Below the pieces are notes generated by a model. It was not told where the DNA came from. It was given only the letters and a program-made list of their open reading frames with translations, and ran no database searches. A program made the position numbers and the translations under genes. A stretch of 59,431 nucleotides of DNA, the filler included, from Streblomastix strix (taxonomy: Eukaryota), in NCBI GenBank assembly GCA_008636045.1. It is 3 parts of 3 records of this genome, joined end to end, with 100 filler letters (N's around TTAATTAATTAA, not from the genome) between each part and the next. Parts side by side here need not be neighbours in the genome. Positions count along the whole stretch, not along the records: positions 1 to 19,763 come from SNRW01000488.1; 2 more parts are not named here. The stretch is one strand, 5' to 3'. Shown here one piece after another: positions 1-12,865 of the stretch; the stretch's first letter is position 1; each line of letters begins with the position of its first letter.

Positions 1-2
1 TA

Positions 3-248
3 AACGGAAATTTAACCAAAGGAATTGTAGATACCACATAATTATATCCATCACAGAATTAGAATGATTTTAAGCAATTTATTGGTATGCGAAGCTATCC
101 AGACCCACACCAGGTCGCACTAACGCCAATTATGCACTATTTAAGTAATGCATTTATTCGTATAACTTTTGAAGATAACCCAGATCCATAAGTATTAAGC
201 ATGGATGTTATAGGAGAAATAGGCGGTTCATCAATTAGGAGCGGATGA
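3..248 (+). CDS. C-terminus of putative major capsid protein (copy A)
   Basis: ...NGNLTKGIVDTTQLYPSQNQNDFKQFIGMRSYPDPHQVALTPIMHYLSNAFIRITFEDNPDPQVLSMDVIGEIGGSSIRSG*. Clearly homologous to the C-termini of 15880-17863 and 33558-35500. MCP identity is inferred from size and context. Confidence 0.6.
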
Positions 249-295
249 AAAATTGCTGAAAGATTGAGAGAATTGAAACAACAATAATTATTTTT

Positions 296-436
296 TCATC
301 CATATATTGAATTTCTAACTTCTTCGCTAATTTCCTCGCAATCCATTTTTATTTATGCAATTACAAATATACAACCAAGCAAATTATTACAAGCTATAAC
401 CATTAATGAGATACTAGTTATTATTTCCCAAATCAT
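296..436 (-). CDS. Small hydrophobic viral protein (46 aa)
   Basis: MIWEIITSISLMVIACNNLLGCIFVIAQIKMDCEEISEEVRNSIYG*. ATG to TGA, hydrophobic N-terminal half. Confidence 0.45.
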
Positions 437-461
437 TTATATAAAAATAAAATTAAACTTT

Positions 462-587
462 TCACCGGCAAATTTTTGATTCGCAAGCATATTTGATTGC
501 TGCATCCCAAATAGCCTTAAAGATTGCATGCCAATTTATGTTTAATTAATCAAGGGAATATATTAATGTTTCATTAAATCCATCCAT
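462..587 (-). CDS. Conserved 41-aa viral microprotein (copy A)
   Basis: MDGFNETLIYSLDQLNINWHAIFKAIWDAAIKYACESKICR*. Near-identical protein at 15674-15799, with mostly synonymous DNA differences. Confidence 0.8.
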
Positions 588-605
588 TTATTTATTTTTA
601 AAATA

Positions 606-1652
606 TCAAGCTGAATAATTATGTAGGGCATATGAATCACATACTTAAACACAAAAATCATCTGTTAAAACTAATTAACACGTTGTATTGATTCTAACAT
701 GTCCATCCACATCAATATAGCAGTCTATTGGAATAGCACCATTCCAACATATAGGATAGCCTATTACCTTCTTTGCAAACATAACAGCATTCAAAGGAAT
801 AGCAAAAGGTGTTCCTGTAAATTATGGCTTAGCTGCATCTTTAAAAACGGAGAATAAAGTATAAGTGGATTAAGTTTGTGTGTTAGGATTTGAGTGTGTT
901 ATTTACAATGATATATAGTCTCTTCGATTATATGTTGTAAATGAACCCTAAACAAATTACTCATACATACCATATGCAATTGTATATTTGATTGCATTTT
1001 CTATTGGAGGGATTGAAATAGGCGCCACAAGCTAATTGTTAAATTTTAATGTGGTGCAATCAAAATCAATAATTATACCCTTATAATCATATGCTTAATC
1101 TTCTTATTTTTATATTCTAAAATATGATAAAGTTGAACCCATTTTCCATATCTCATCACAATCTGTGGGGTCGGCATTACAGCCTGTGAGTACGAAACTG
1201 TTCCAATTTGCTTTATTTTTCATTATCCGTATTCCTTAATTACGTATGTCATCATTCGGCACTATAGTCAATTAGCCCATCGCGTGAGGATAATAATTAG
1301 GCAAAAAATTTCCTGCGTCGGTTGTATCTCCATTAGCGAGTAAAATTTCGTTGCTTGTACGTTTACTTTAAATGAATTTTTAAGCAATTATAGGTTATAA
1401 AAAAGTCTTTACTCCGTCTATTATTTGACTAGTTCGTAAATTTGCATAATCAATGGAATTTCTGAAAAATTAGCTTAAATAATTAAAGTATTTAATAATT
1501 TCGTTATCTACTATTTATAATAGAGTATTTTTTTACTTTGTTATATTTTGCTATTCTTCCTATATTTTTTATAACCTTTTTTATTCTTCCTACTGACTTT
1601 TCAAATCATTATCGTCAAGTAATGATAAATCGCTAATTGGTTAATCATTCAT
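606..1652 (-). CDS. Short fibre/spike-like virion protein (348 aa, copy A)
   Basis: N-terminal coiled coil, fibre shaft motif QIIDGVKTF...ILLANGDT, an internal GIRI...W...FN module and a beta-rich C-terminal head. Homolog at 14891-15643. Confidence 0.65.
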
Positions 1653-1677
1653 TTTTATAATCCAAAAATAAATAATA

Positions 1678-2094
1678 TCATTCGTTTACATAATAATCAA
1701 TACAATTAACCAATTCATTAACACTGCATTAGCTATATTTATTATATTTTGTTTAAAATTACATTTATTCAACAGCTTCTTTTAATTCTCGGTATTTTAA
1801 CCCAACGTCCCTGTTATCGCATAAGACTTTCATTTGTTCGGTATATTCTTTAATTATATCATCTATATGCTCATTGTTTCTTTTCCCAATTATTATATAA
1901 ATTGTTTATGGATATTTATCAGGTTATTTTCCATATCGTTTTAACAACTTATAATATGGTTTATTATTTTTACTTAATGTTCGTTGGTAAAAATCATCAC
2001 CACATTGATAAATTGGTTCTAATTATATTTCTTTTGGAATATTTTAAGGATGTACCAACAATTTGCCTCTTAAAACAATTTCAAGCTAATCCAT
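1678..2094 (-). CDS. Conserved viral hypothetical protein (138 aa)
   Basis: MDQLEIVLRGKLLVHPQNIPKEIQLEPIYQCGDDFYQ...; homolog at 14368-14802. Confidence 0.75.
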
Positions 2095-2144
2095 TTTTAT
2101 AGATAATAAAAGTAATTAAATAATAAATAAGGATAAAATAATTT

Positions 2145-2837
2145 TCAAAAAATCATTTTCTGTTATTTCCATCTCTGGTGCTTCACTTAAACGAATGAAG
2201 TCGCAATTTACTCGATAAAGTTTTTCAATAGAGTTATATAGTACATTATCCAACATTTTACAGATACATTTTTTATTAATATGTCTTATACTTTAATAAG
2301 ATTCTTTTTCTTGAACTTCTTTGGTATGCAAGTATGTGATTATATAATGGCTTCTTCAAAAACAATTTCAACATCATTTTCATCATTCTAAGTGATGAGT
2401 GCCCAAAATTTTATAAAATTAACTGATGAAAAATCAAAATCATCACCGCGTTATCTGTGGGTAATGGTGCGCCAAATAACGTCAATCACAAACTTTTATA
2501 CTATTAGATTCGGATGTGAAAGGTATATACTTTTTGGCTATTCTTCAGCCAATTATTGTATTGCCTCTTCAGGTAATACTTATGCCGTTGTTCTATCAAC
2601 CTCTTTATACTTATTTATATTGTACTTTTTGTGGGATATGTTTTCGTTCTAATTTTCAAAAGGTTTTTATTGTGTTGTTTCTTAGTCTGTTGGAATTATT
2701 TTTATACGATTAATTGCCTCATCGATTATTTAGAACCTAATTTTATCCTCACCTGTAAGCTCTTTTTTCTTGATGTCCGACATTTATTTCTTACTCTTCG
2801 ACATTCTTACTTGGTTTCTTTCAATACCCTTTATCAT
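2145..2837 (-). CDS. Conserved viral hypothetical protein (~230 aa; homopolymer indels near the 3' end)
   Basis: MIKGIERNQVRMSKSKKQMSDI...YLSHPNL...RGDDF; homolog at 13550-14308. Compensating 1-nt indels at ~2257 and ~2150. Confidence 0.7.
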
Positions 2838-2861
2838 TTTATTAATTTTTAAAATATTAAA

Positions 2862-3527
2862 ATGGAATTATCGCATGCACTTAAGAATTTGATTGAAAAT
2901 GGGACAAATATTGAATACTTTGATAAGTGTTATGTGGTATAGATTAACAAACAAATAAAGGTATATGAAGATGGCAAAAAGCAACTGCGAAAATTGACAT
3001 AAACATAGTAAAATAAGTTATTGCTATAAGCTCGTGGAGGGGGATAAATAAATAAAAAACCATCAAAATAAATAGCTTAAAAATAAGCTGTGGATGAAGA
3101 AGAAGATTTTATAAATTATGAATAATAGGAAGAAAGACACAGAGATATACAGGAAGATATGAATGAAAGCGATGATGAAACAATTAACCAAAGCGAAAGA
3201 CACGAAAGGCCAATAAAACATTTACGTGAGGTTAAACAACCACCCAAAAGAGTTATAAAAGCAACAAAATAGCCATAAATCAGCTACACTAATCCAAAAC
3301 TTGATTTGGAAGAATTAATACGTTTAAGAACTGAAAATAAATTTATAAAGCAATAGCATTAAGACGCAATAAAATAAATAGAGAAATACAAGCAAAAAGT
3401 AAAACGTTATAAAAAACCAAAAGAAATTATTGAAAAACAGGAGGAATAACAAGAGATTCAACAAGAGCCTATAGAATAAAATTTTTAACAAGAATAAAAA
3501 TTTAGTGAGTATGACCTATATAATTGA
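2862..3527 (+). CDS. Conserved viral charged/coiled-coil protein (221 aa)
   Basis: MELSHALKNLIENGTNIEYFD...YTNPKLDLEELIRLRTEN; homolog at 12866-13526. Confidence 0.75.
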
Positions 3528-3555
3528 TAATAATTATTTTTAACTAATTATAAAA

Positions 3556-3762
3556 ATGGAAGAACTTTATACACATTTAAAAGATTAAGAACCTAAACTA
3601 CAACAAATGTTTGAACAACTAAATAAAGAAATAAAAGATTTTAACATAGAGCTAAAGAAAACATAGGTTGAAGCTTTACATGGTATAATTTGCAATATAA
3701 AAAGTACAATAAAATAATTAGAGCCTTATTATGAAAGTTAAAAATATAATACAAACTTATGA
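3556..3762 (+). CDS. Small coiled-coil viral hypothetical protein (68 aa)
   Basis: MEELYTHLKDQEPKLQQMFEQLNKEIK...*. Open from ATG to TGA under TAR=Gln. Confidence 0.45.
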
Positions 3763-3789
3763 GAAAAATTTTTTGGCGGATTAGCGGAT

Positions 3790-3850
3790 CGACTGGCTTT
3801 TTTTATAGCAATTTTTTACTCGGTCCACCCAATCCACCTGGTCCGGTCCG
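3790..3850 (-). repeat. Diverged copy of the element-D cis-motif at the end of element A
   Basis: gctttttttatagcaattttttactcggtccacccaatccacc matches the reverse complement of ~58015-58062 (gctttttatagaaatttctgactcaatccacccaatccacc). Confidence 0.6.
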
Positions 3851-4520
3851 TGGCTATGACATTTTTTGTTAAAACTCCATGCTAAAATTATTATTAAAAT
3901 TATGTGTATCCATTATTTGCTGTTATATATTGTTATAAATTCATGTGGGGACTTATTGGAGATATTTTTTAAAAAGCTTTTTTAAACCGTTAATTATTTA
4001 TTTTAATTATTTTATATAAGGGGGTTGATATAGGTTATTTATTTTGCACATATTAGTCTATGACTTTGCAAAGCAAGTAGTATATGATGGTTATTTATGC
4101 AATAACTTCAAAAGGTATTAGTATTTATAAAAACCACGCAAGTTCTTTTTTTTAAGTGATGGTTTAACCATTACAATAATATTTTCGAACAAAGGCGTTA
4201 GCCAGCTGTGAGAAAATTTTATAAATTGTAAGGCCAAAAGCTTAAAAAATGAAGGAGTGGGAAATTTTTATAAAACTGATGCTTTTTTGAAGTTAGGGCA
4301 TAAATCACCATTATATACTACTATTATGATTATTTTTTATTCATAAATTAATTTTTATTGATATTTTAATAATTCAATCGCAAAAAATATGAGTTAGTAA
4401 ACGAATGAAGACGTTCAGTTAGTAGAAACATCGTAATATTCAATAAATAGCAATCATTTTTCTTTAATTTATTTCTTAGTATTTATTTTATATCTTCATT
4501 CTACTGATATATTCAATCTT

Positions 4521-6000
4521 TCAATCGGGTTTTATATTCTTTTTTCTTAATGACCCAGCTTTCTGCACAATCTTGATGAAAATGTTGGCATCAATCAGTT
4601 TCATGACAATTCTCCCAAATATACCTAATTATATTACAAATTCAAAATAAATAATAAATTCGTATGATATAATTGAAAAATTAATCCATAATAAAGATTG
4701 AATATATTTTATATTATTTATTTAGATTCTTACCTTGAAATCCAGAATCAACACGAGTTACACGGCCTAAGCCAGACAATGCATATCCAGCAACTTAATC
4801 TGGGCTTTGAAACATCATTTCTAACAAATAAAAACAAAAATAATAGGGAAAATACTTATAAATAGATGTAAATTGTTTAATTCTAAATTGTAATTTGAAA
4901 AGTATTTATAAATAATTATTATATTATATTAAATCAAATTAATAATCTCTTATAATATTCACAAACCCATCATTTTGGGCATTTTTGCTTCTTCTTACTC
5001 TCTTTTGAAGAAACGTGTGTTTGTGATTCCAGGATAAATGGAGACAACATCAATGCCATAATCTGCTTTCAAAATATTTAATAGATAAATTATATTGATT
5101 ATTAATAAATAAACAACATATCAAATAAAGAGAAATATGCAATTTATCAAAAAAATGTAATATAATATAATTTATCAAACAAATATAATATAATACAAAT
5201 TATTACATATAATATTACATTCACAACAAATTAAAATAACATATGCACACATTCAGCTTCCGTAGCTAAGCATTCACCCAAATGCCCCATATACGCTTTT
5301 GTAGCTGCATATACAACAGATCCTGGGCTTATCAGAAAAGCCAGTCCTGAAGAAGTGAATAAAACACCTCCTCTTCTTTTTGTGGCTGTTTATCGATTTG
5401 CAAGTTTTGGATAGAGTTCTTAGAAGAGGTATTGGTGTGTGACTATGTTGCTTTGGAACATGTGGAGCGTTTTTTCAGTTGGGGAGGATGTTTTCTTTTG
5501 ATTTGAATATGGGAATATTATTATAGTATGTAAATTTTGTATATGAGAATAATGTTTGATTTAATAAATAAAAGGTAGAAAAATAAATTAAGTCATACAT
5601 CCATTACTCCTAGTCCAGCATTGAAGTATAAAATGCTTATATCAAGTCCTTCCAGCTATTGAACAATGTCTTTTGTAACTTGCACTGGATCACCAGATAG
5701 ATCGGCTTTAATTGTTCTCACATCTATTGTTGAATCAATCTCTTTTAAAGCAGCTTTCGTTTGGTTCAATCTTTCTTCGTTTTGAGCAAGAATTATCAAA
5801 TTAAATCCCTATTTAGCTAACTTTTTTGCAAATGATTCTCCAATACCACTGTTGCCTCCCGTGATAAAAGCGTACCCTCCGCCATATCTAGTCTTCAAAT
5901 CAAGTGGTTTTGAGAAGCAGACGATCAATTGCGGAATCAGGTACCCCAGCAGGCTCAGAAGGAATATTATTCCTAAAACAACAAAAATCTCGGTAAACAT
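4521..6000 (-). CDS. Short-chain dehydrogenase, very-long-chain 3-oxoacyl-CoA reductase/17-beta-HSD-like (host, multi-exon)
   Basis: N-terminal TM, TGGNSGIG Rossmann motif, NAG, TSSG, catalytic YAATK, then YPG-T-T. GT-AG introns and in-frame TAR codons. Confidence 0.9.
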
Positions 6001-6291
6001 CTGATGTAAAATTCAAAGTAAAAATTAATGTTATTAATAATTGAAAGGGGAATTATTTTGCATATATTTAGTTATTATAAAAGTGTAATAAGTTGTGCAT
6101 AAGCCATACTGGCAATTTTATTAAATTCTTCTTATGGTTATCTTTAGGAAATTAATTGAATCATTAAAAATACAAAAATATTTAAATATAATAAATTAAT
6201 ATAAATTTATATGAAAATTAAAGAAAATGTCTGATTTTACGAGTTGTAATTTAGAAAATGGAATTTATTGGGAGATAACTATTTTCCTTCG

Positions 6292-8057
6292 ATGGCTATA
6301 GTTGTGTTCGGCCTTCCAGAGAATGTGAGTGAAGAACAGCTGGCGGCGTTATTTTCATTATATGGGAAGGTAAACTTATCGTTTAAGCAGGGGAATTCCG
6401 CAATTATTGTGATGAGTTAAGTCGAAGCTGCAGCGCTGGCACAAGAAGATTTAAATAGTATACTTGATTATTTTTTAAAGTAAATATATTATGTGTGTAT
6501 TATTCAGATAAAAAATAGTTCGGAGCCAGAATCAATGTAGGTGTAAATCTTGCTGAATATCTAAGGATGTTAAAACCTGTTGAACTCATAAATTGTTTCC
6601 GTTTTGGCTCGCCTGAGTTTGAAGGTGTATAAATTAAATATACTCTAAATATTTAACCATTACTTTCTTTAATCGTTCAGTGGAAGAGTTTCATGGAGAT
6701 GCTGTTCTTGAATTTAGGTTTTTCATTGTTTTTTATGTCTAAAATATTTACTATTATTATTTTTATACTCTTCAATAAATAACTTAGAATTTCTCTTCTA
6801 ATTCTGCAGAGATAACCCACTTTGAATGAGATTGAGCGTAATGAATTTAGAAGGATGTTTGCGATTTTATTTTATATTTTTATTTTATATTTTTATTTTT
6901 ATTTTTATTTTTTTATTCTTAATTTTTTATATATCCTCTCAAGATGCGTAAAAAACCGCACATTAGAGAGTATATTCAACACTTTTATACAAGGTACCAA
7001 TTTACTGAACCAAGCAGAAAGAAATCACATATCACAGTTACGCTGGAAAATGAAAGCAGATACAATCGAGTGCATTATTGGTACCTTAGAAAGAAAAAAG
7101 AATCTAATAGGAAGGCAAGTAACTGCAGATTAGGCACTCGCTAGAAATACACTCATTATGCTCCTTGATGAGATATATTTATTGGGTCAGATTAGATATC
7201 GTGAAAACAGGAGACAATTATGGCAAAAAATGAACATTCGATTATAACCGCCTCCAGTAATACTTGAATAAAGAGTTGAATGGAATCAATAACAGAAATA
7301 ATAATAATAGATACGTCAAAGGAGATCCGAATCACCTGCTCCTTAAATAGCTATTTAATATGATGGTCAAAATCATCGACCAAATCCGAAATCTGGTTCA
7401 TAACCGCCAGAAATATCACCATAGTTGAATTAGTAAGTTCAAATATAGGTAATTCCCAAACAGAATTAACAAATTCCAATATTTGAAGTTCCATAAGATA
7501 ATAAACCGCTTCCCAAATAGAATTAACTATTGCAGATTCAACCGAATATTCAACCGCCACCAAATCCAAAATCAAATCGAATAGCAAATCCAAAAGTAGC
7601 TCCAAGGAATCAAAAGCCAACTAAAATAGAACCACTTCCACCTGCTCTAGTTGATAAAATTGATTCAACAATCAAACTTAGTAGAAATGCCTAATAGAAC
7701 CAAGACTTAATTCAAAGGGATCAATAAATAAAAAATGATCGATTAAAAAAAAGCCAAAACGATTCAAAAATTGAATAACTTCGTCGAAAATAAGCAGAAA
7801 TAGAATAAATTAAGCCCAGACTATTATAGAGAGTCAGAGATATTGTGTATAGCTCATTGGATGATAAAGAATTACTGGTAAAATTACAGTAAGCTTAAAT
7901 TCAGGGTTAAAACCTCGATTTAGATTTTGTGATTGATCTAATTACTGACATAATCTGCGATAAATTTGGCAATCCTGAATTAATACTGCAGCTGTCTGAA
8001 GATAAGAAAGAATTGATGCATATTGTTACTTAAATTAGAGTTGATATGAATATTTGA
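6292..8057 (+). CDS. RRM + RNase III domain protein with Q/P-rich linker (host, 4 introns; start uncertain)
   Basis: RRM (IVVFGLPENVSEEQLAALFSLYGKV...AALAQEDLNN). Spliced RNase III: FEVEEFHGDAVLEFRISLLILQRQPTLNEIERNEFRRICVKNRTL...KMKADTIECIIGTL. Confidence 0.8.
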
Positions 8058-8716
8058 GCAATTTACTTGAAGTACAATTTCTAATTCTCTTTCTTATCAA
8101 TATTAGGATGAGTTTTATTTGTTTAATTTATGGAAACTGTAATAAATAAATAATAAAGATAGATTTATTGAAACTTAATAATTAAAACATCCAGGGCTTC
8201 GATTAAATTTTTATGTTTCTAACGTGAATTATACTGTCATTTAGTTGCAACTTAACTAGATTCATTAAAAATTTGAATAATATTTTTTTACTTACATTAC
8301 GTTTTTGTTTAATATGTAGTCCATTAACGTTTACATACAGAGAAACAAAAAATATTTTTTGTGAATGAAAATAATACTCAATATTTATTTATATTTCAAT
8401 TTATATAATATAAAAAAAATATTATTTAATTAACAATTAATTCATAAACATGAATACTAATTTTAATTTATGCACACACCTATTCAATTTTTTTCCGTTC
8501 AAGTGCGGATTTCCGACGCTTTGATGTATAAATAAAAATTTAATATCTACAAATCGATGTATTTTTACATTTTAAGCAACATTTGCCTCAAAAATTAAAA
8601 TAATTACTTGTAAATTACCTACATAAACTATAAATAAATTTATTAAAACATCCTATTTTTATAGCTTTCGGATCTAAAATTGTATACCTTCCTTTTTATT
8701 TTATACATTCTTAGAA

Positions 8717-11700
8717 ATGAATATCATATTTGATATCAGCGCGGTACTTTTTCTTATTTTGGTGTAAATTTATTCATATATTGGAAAAAATGGAAGTAAA
8801 CCTCAATTTCGTGGAACAATCGTTGAGAAGATTAATAATTTTGTGTTTGGAAAATTGAGTGCGGATGGAACTTATTATGAAACTTAAGGGTTGTATTTCC
8901 GATTTGACCGCTGGTTATGGGCAACAAAACATCATTTTCTTCAGGTGTGAATATAATTTTAAACAATAAAAATGATTATTTTTTTGTTTATGATTATTTT
9001 TTTCTATTTAATATTCAAATAAGATTTTCTATGTCATTCTCAGTATTTCAGTCTATACAACATGGTACTTTTATATACTGCCTTATATTGATGTTGGAAA
9101 TAAGTCTTCAATATTAATGTGTGAAATTAATTTTTTTAACTAAAATTTTGTATGAATTAATTACATTTTAATTTACTCATGCTAATAAACATTGATTTTC
9201 ATATATTGCAATATTTATTTATTTACTTAATTTACTATCATCGCATATTTACTGATTGCATACATTAAAAACTAGATGGATCGCTCCTATATTTGTCATA
9301 ATAGAGAACTTGTCATACATAATGGTCAACTTTGCACACGATGGAAAGATTGACAAAACAAACGTTGATGCTTATGAATACATATATCCATATGATGGAG
9401 TGCTGAATACATAAGTGAAGTACTGCTAGAAATGCGGAATTGTGCAGTATGGTTGATTTATTATAATATTTATATGAATATGTTGGTATACTTTAATCAT
9501 ATTATATTTATTACTTTATTATATTTTCTAATCGTATTTTAAATATAAATTTTTGTATTGAATAAGACCTGCACGTTCAAGACATTCAGACCTTGATGGA
9601 TACTGTCTTGCAAAATATGACCATTTTTGTGCATGGATTGCTGGAGGGTTAGATTATCATATTAATGAATATAGTAATATATTATTAATGAATCAATTTT
9701 AAATTATAATAAAATTTATTTTATTATTCATATAGTATTAAAATAATTATTTCATTATTTTAAACTTTTAATTTTCATTTATAATTAAATATACCCAATT
9801 CTTTACAATTATATCTCACTCAGTGTTGGTTCAGGAAATTTCCGCTACTTTTTCTATTTCTTAATACAGACATGGGTATCACAACTTTATTTGGGTTTGT
9901 TAAACATTATTTATTTATTTATTGTAATTGAATTGATTTTTTTTAAATCACTATTAATATTATAATCATTTTAAACATTAATTATACATATTCATCTCAC
10001 TTAATATTTATATTAATCCATTATTAGTAATAACCTGCATTTACATCATTGTCAAGTTTGTTGTTACTAAGGAAGGTCTGTATGATAATGTTGTTGGCGA
10101 GAATGCAATTGAAACTTTAATTAAGAGGATTGTAGTGACATATGTGGTATGAATTGGAGTTGGATGGAAAGGAAAATTAATTGAGTGAATGAGATAAAAA
10201 TAATTATTAATTATATGATGAATTATTTATAAAATAAATAAGTATTAATTATTTTATATATCAATATAACTACTTAATTTTTAATTTCTCAACAAACTCC
10301 TCCAATTAATTTATTAATTAATTAATTCTATTATTTCTCTCTTCAATAACCAGAGCATAAGGAAGAACCATCAAGGAACACTTGGAGCATTGGCTTTGGA
10401 CTTCGCAATTGGATATCCAGTCTTCAATTTGTTTATTTCGCACTACAAGGAATGTTCGCAAAACATTACACAGTGGGAACATTATGTTGTATGTTGTTTA
10501 TATTGAAATATAGATATTAGTAGTTAATTTTTATTTGATGGTTTTTATTATTTATTATATGATTGGTTTTCGATGAATATTTTGATTATTACACATATTT
10601 TCATTGTAGATATAGTCATTCAAATTGTTATTTATTTATTTTTCGATATTTTATTTATAGAAAAAGAAGTATATGAAAGAAAATAGGAAAGTTGCTGGTG
10701 ATATCGTTGCTGGAAGAAAGAACATCGAGTATAAACATTTTAATACTATATTTAATTATCTATTTTAATTATCATTATTTGTCTTAAATTATATTCAATT
10801 TACTTTCTTTTCATTATTTTTTTATTTATTTATTTTCTTATTATAAATAATAAGTAAATAAAACCCACCTGCATCATATATTACAGACTTGATAGATGAT
10901 ATCTAGCATGTAGACATAACATAAAACAAATATAATAGAGGTTATAATACAATAAACATTATTAATAATTCAATATATAATTTTTATTATAATCCATTTA
11001 AATAATTAATTTAATTCACTCATATTTATTATATTAATTCTATCATATAATTTAATATAACAACTATCAGGTTTGCTGAACAATATCATTGATGTATTCC
11101 GCCCACCTCACACATGGAAGATATACAAAGATATTGTGAAGAAGAAAGAAAGTGACCTGAAATAAGAAAAACTGAATAAAAAGAAGAAAGAAGTTGAGAA
11201 ACAGATTGAATTGAATGTTCTGAAGGAGAAAGAAAGATTAGATTTGAATCCATAAGAGAAAGAAAAGGAGAAATAAAGTGATGAATTAGTACCAATAATC
11301 ACAAACAAAGATGATAATATAAAAACTCTTGCAAACACTAATACTAATAAATCGCTCCTAATATAAGCACTGTAATAATATCAATAGTAATCATCTTTGT
11401 CTGAATAAGGCTAAATTCCTTCTATTGTAGCTTAGCTTCCATTTACATTCTTCTCCTGTTTTCCTGACTATTTCCCTAACAGACATGTGTTTCAAGTCAA
11501 TTTCCAGAAAAAGGAAATAAAAGTATGAATTTTAATGTAAATAATTTGAAAAAAGATTATTTTCCAATTTTTTTTATTTTAATAATATTCTTTAATATAT
11601 TAAATATATACCAGGATGGATCTCCACATAAAGATAAAGATGAAAATGATATCAAAAAAGAATAAGAATCAACTGAAAATAAAGAATCGGAAAACAATGA

Positions 11701-11869
11701 TTCATAAAAGAATCTGGTAATCCACAGTTTCAATGAATGGGTTGAAATATACCAGAAACTTCGCTTTCAGGCAGTAACTGAAGGAACTGAAGGCGAAATT
11801 GATGCTGAATAAGGATAGGGATAATCGTATGGAGATTATGATCTTTAAGTGCTTACTTGCAAAGCATGA
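8717..11869 (+). CDS. DHHC-family palmitoyltransferase (DHFC variant; host, multi-exon)
   Basis: CQKCGIVQPARSRHSDLDGYCLAKYDHFCAWIAGGVGSGNFRYFFYFL, TM segments, NITQWE and NKYNRG motifs, acidic tail. Confidence 0.85.
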
Positions 11870-12865
11870 ACCCAAAATGAATAGGAAATGATGATGAACT
11901 TGTATCACAAATAAGAGTTTTAATTTATTAAAGAGTTCAATATCGTTGACTGTTTGTTTTATAAAGTTCAGCGATGAGGTTCTATTTCATTCAATTAACA
12001 TCTTAATAAAATTGTTTCAATAATAAACAAACACAATTTACAATCTTATAAAGCTAAAAATTTAGATCTTAGTTTATTTTATTTTTCAGCTTTATTTTAA
12101 TTAATTGCGAAAGAAGAATTATAATCTTAATTTGATCGATAACAATTTATAATTCATTAAAAATTATTAAATATCTTTGTCTCATCACACAGCAAATCAG
12201 CATGCGATTAATTTTTCGGTGTCATAAAAAGGAAAATAAAAGAATATGTTTGAGAATGGGTAAGAATAACATTAACGATTTTGAAACAATATCATAAGAT
12301 TTCTAATAAAAATGATTAGTATGTCGATATGTGTTATAATTTAAAACTAAAACCAAAAAATTTAATAGAAAATAAAATTTCTGAACATATATAAATAATT
12401 CATATCATTCTGAAAAACCAATTAGTCCTAAATAATTATCCCTACTCGTGTCAAGATTCAATACGAAAGATGAAATATTAATAAATAAATAAAAAAACAA
12501 ATTAATTAATAGAATTTTAAACTAAAAACATGAATGTTATGTATGCTGCGTTAGGTTTATTTAAAATAAACTTAATCATGAAGTTTAAAATTAGCAAGCA
12601 TTTCTTTGTCCATTTTAAGTAGGGAATAAAATCAAATAAATTTTGCTAAGATAATTATCATATGTAAATTTACTATCATTTCAAATATTATGTTTAATTC
12701 ATTTTACATTGATTAAGCAACAATACTATCTGTTTCAGCCATAAATTAACGATTATTCAATTATTCTTTCAATCTGTAATAATCATTTTTCATGGTATCA
12801 TAAATTCCTTCAATATATCTGAGATTATATGGATTCATTTTTAATAGAGGAACAAAAATAATAGG

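Larger units (their letters stand above)
1..3860. mobile_element. Endogenous Polinton-like virus element A (structural module, truncated by window start)
   Basis: Dense intronless TAR=Gln ORFs. Six genes have homologs in the same order in element B (reverse complement). Ends in a cis-motif shared with element D. Confidence 0.75.

Noticed and set aside
1902..2852. Hydrophobic standard-code ORFs on + strand (likewise 7351-7620, 11086-11338, 13936-14295, 39884-40144, 47850-48068, 54404-54760, 57095-57325, 58049-58327)
   Set aside because: Antisense shadows of real TAR=Gln genes on the opposite strand.
12670..12838. Small minus-strand ORF at the edge of element B
   Set aside because: No homolog in element A and no motif; cannot be distinguished from a chance ORF.
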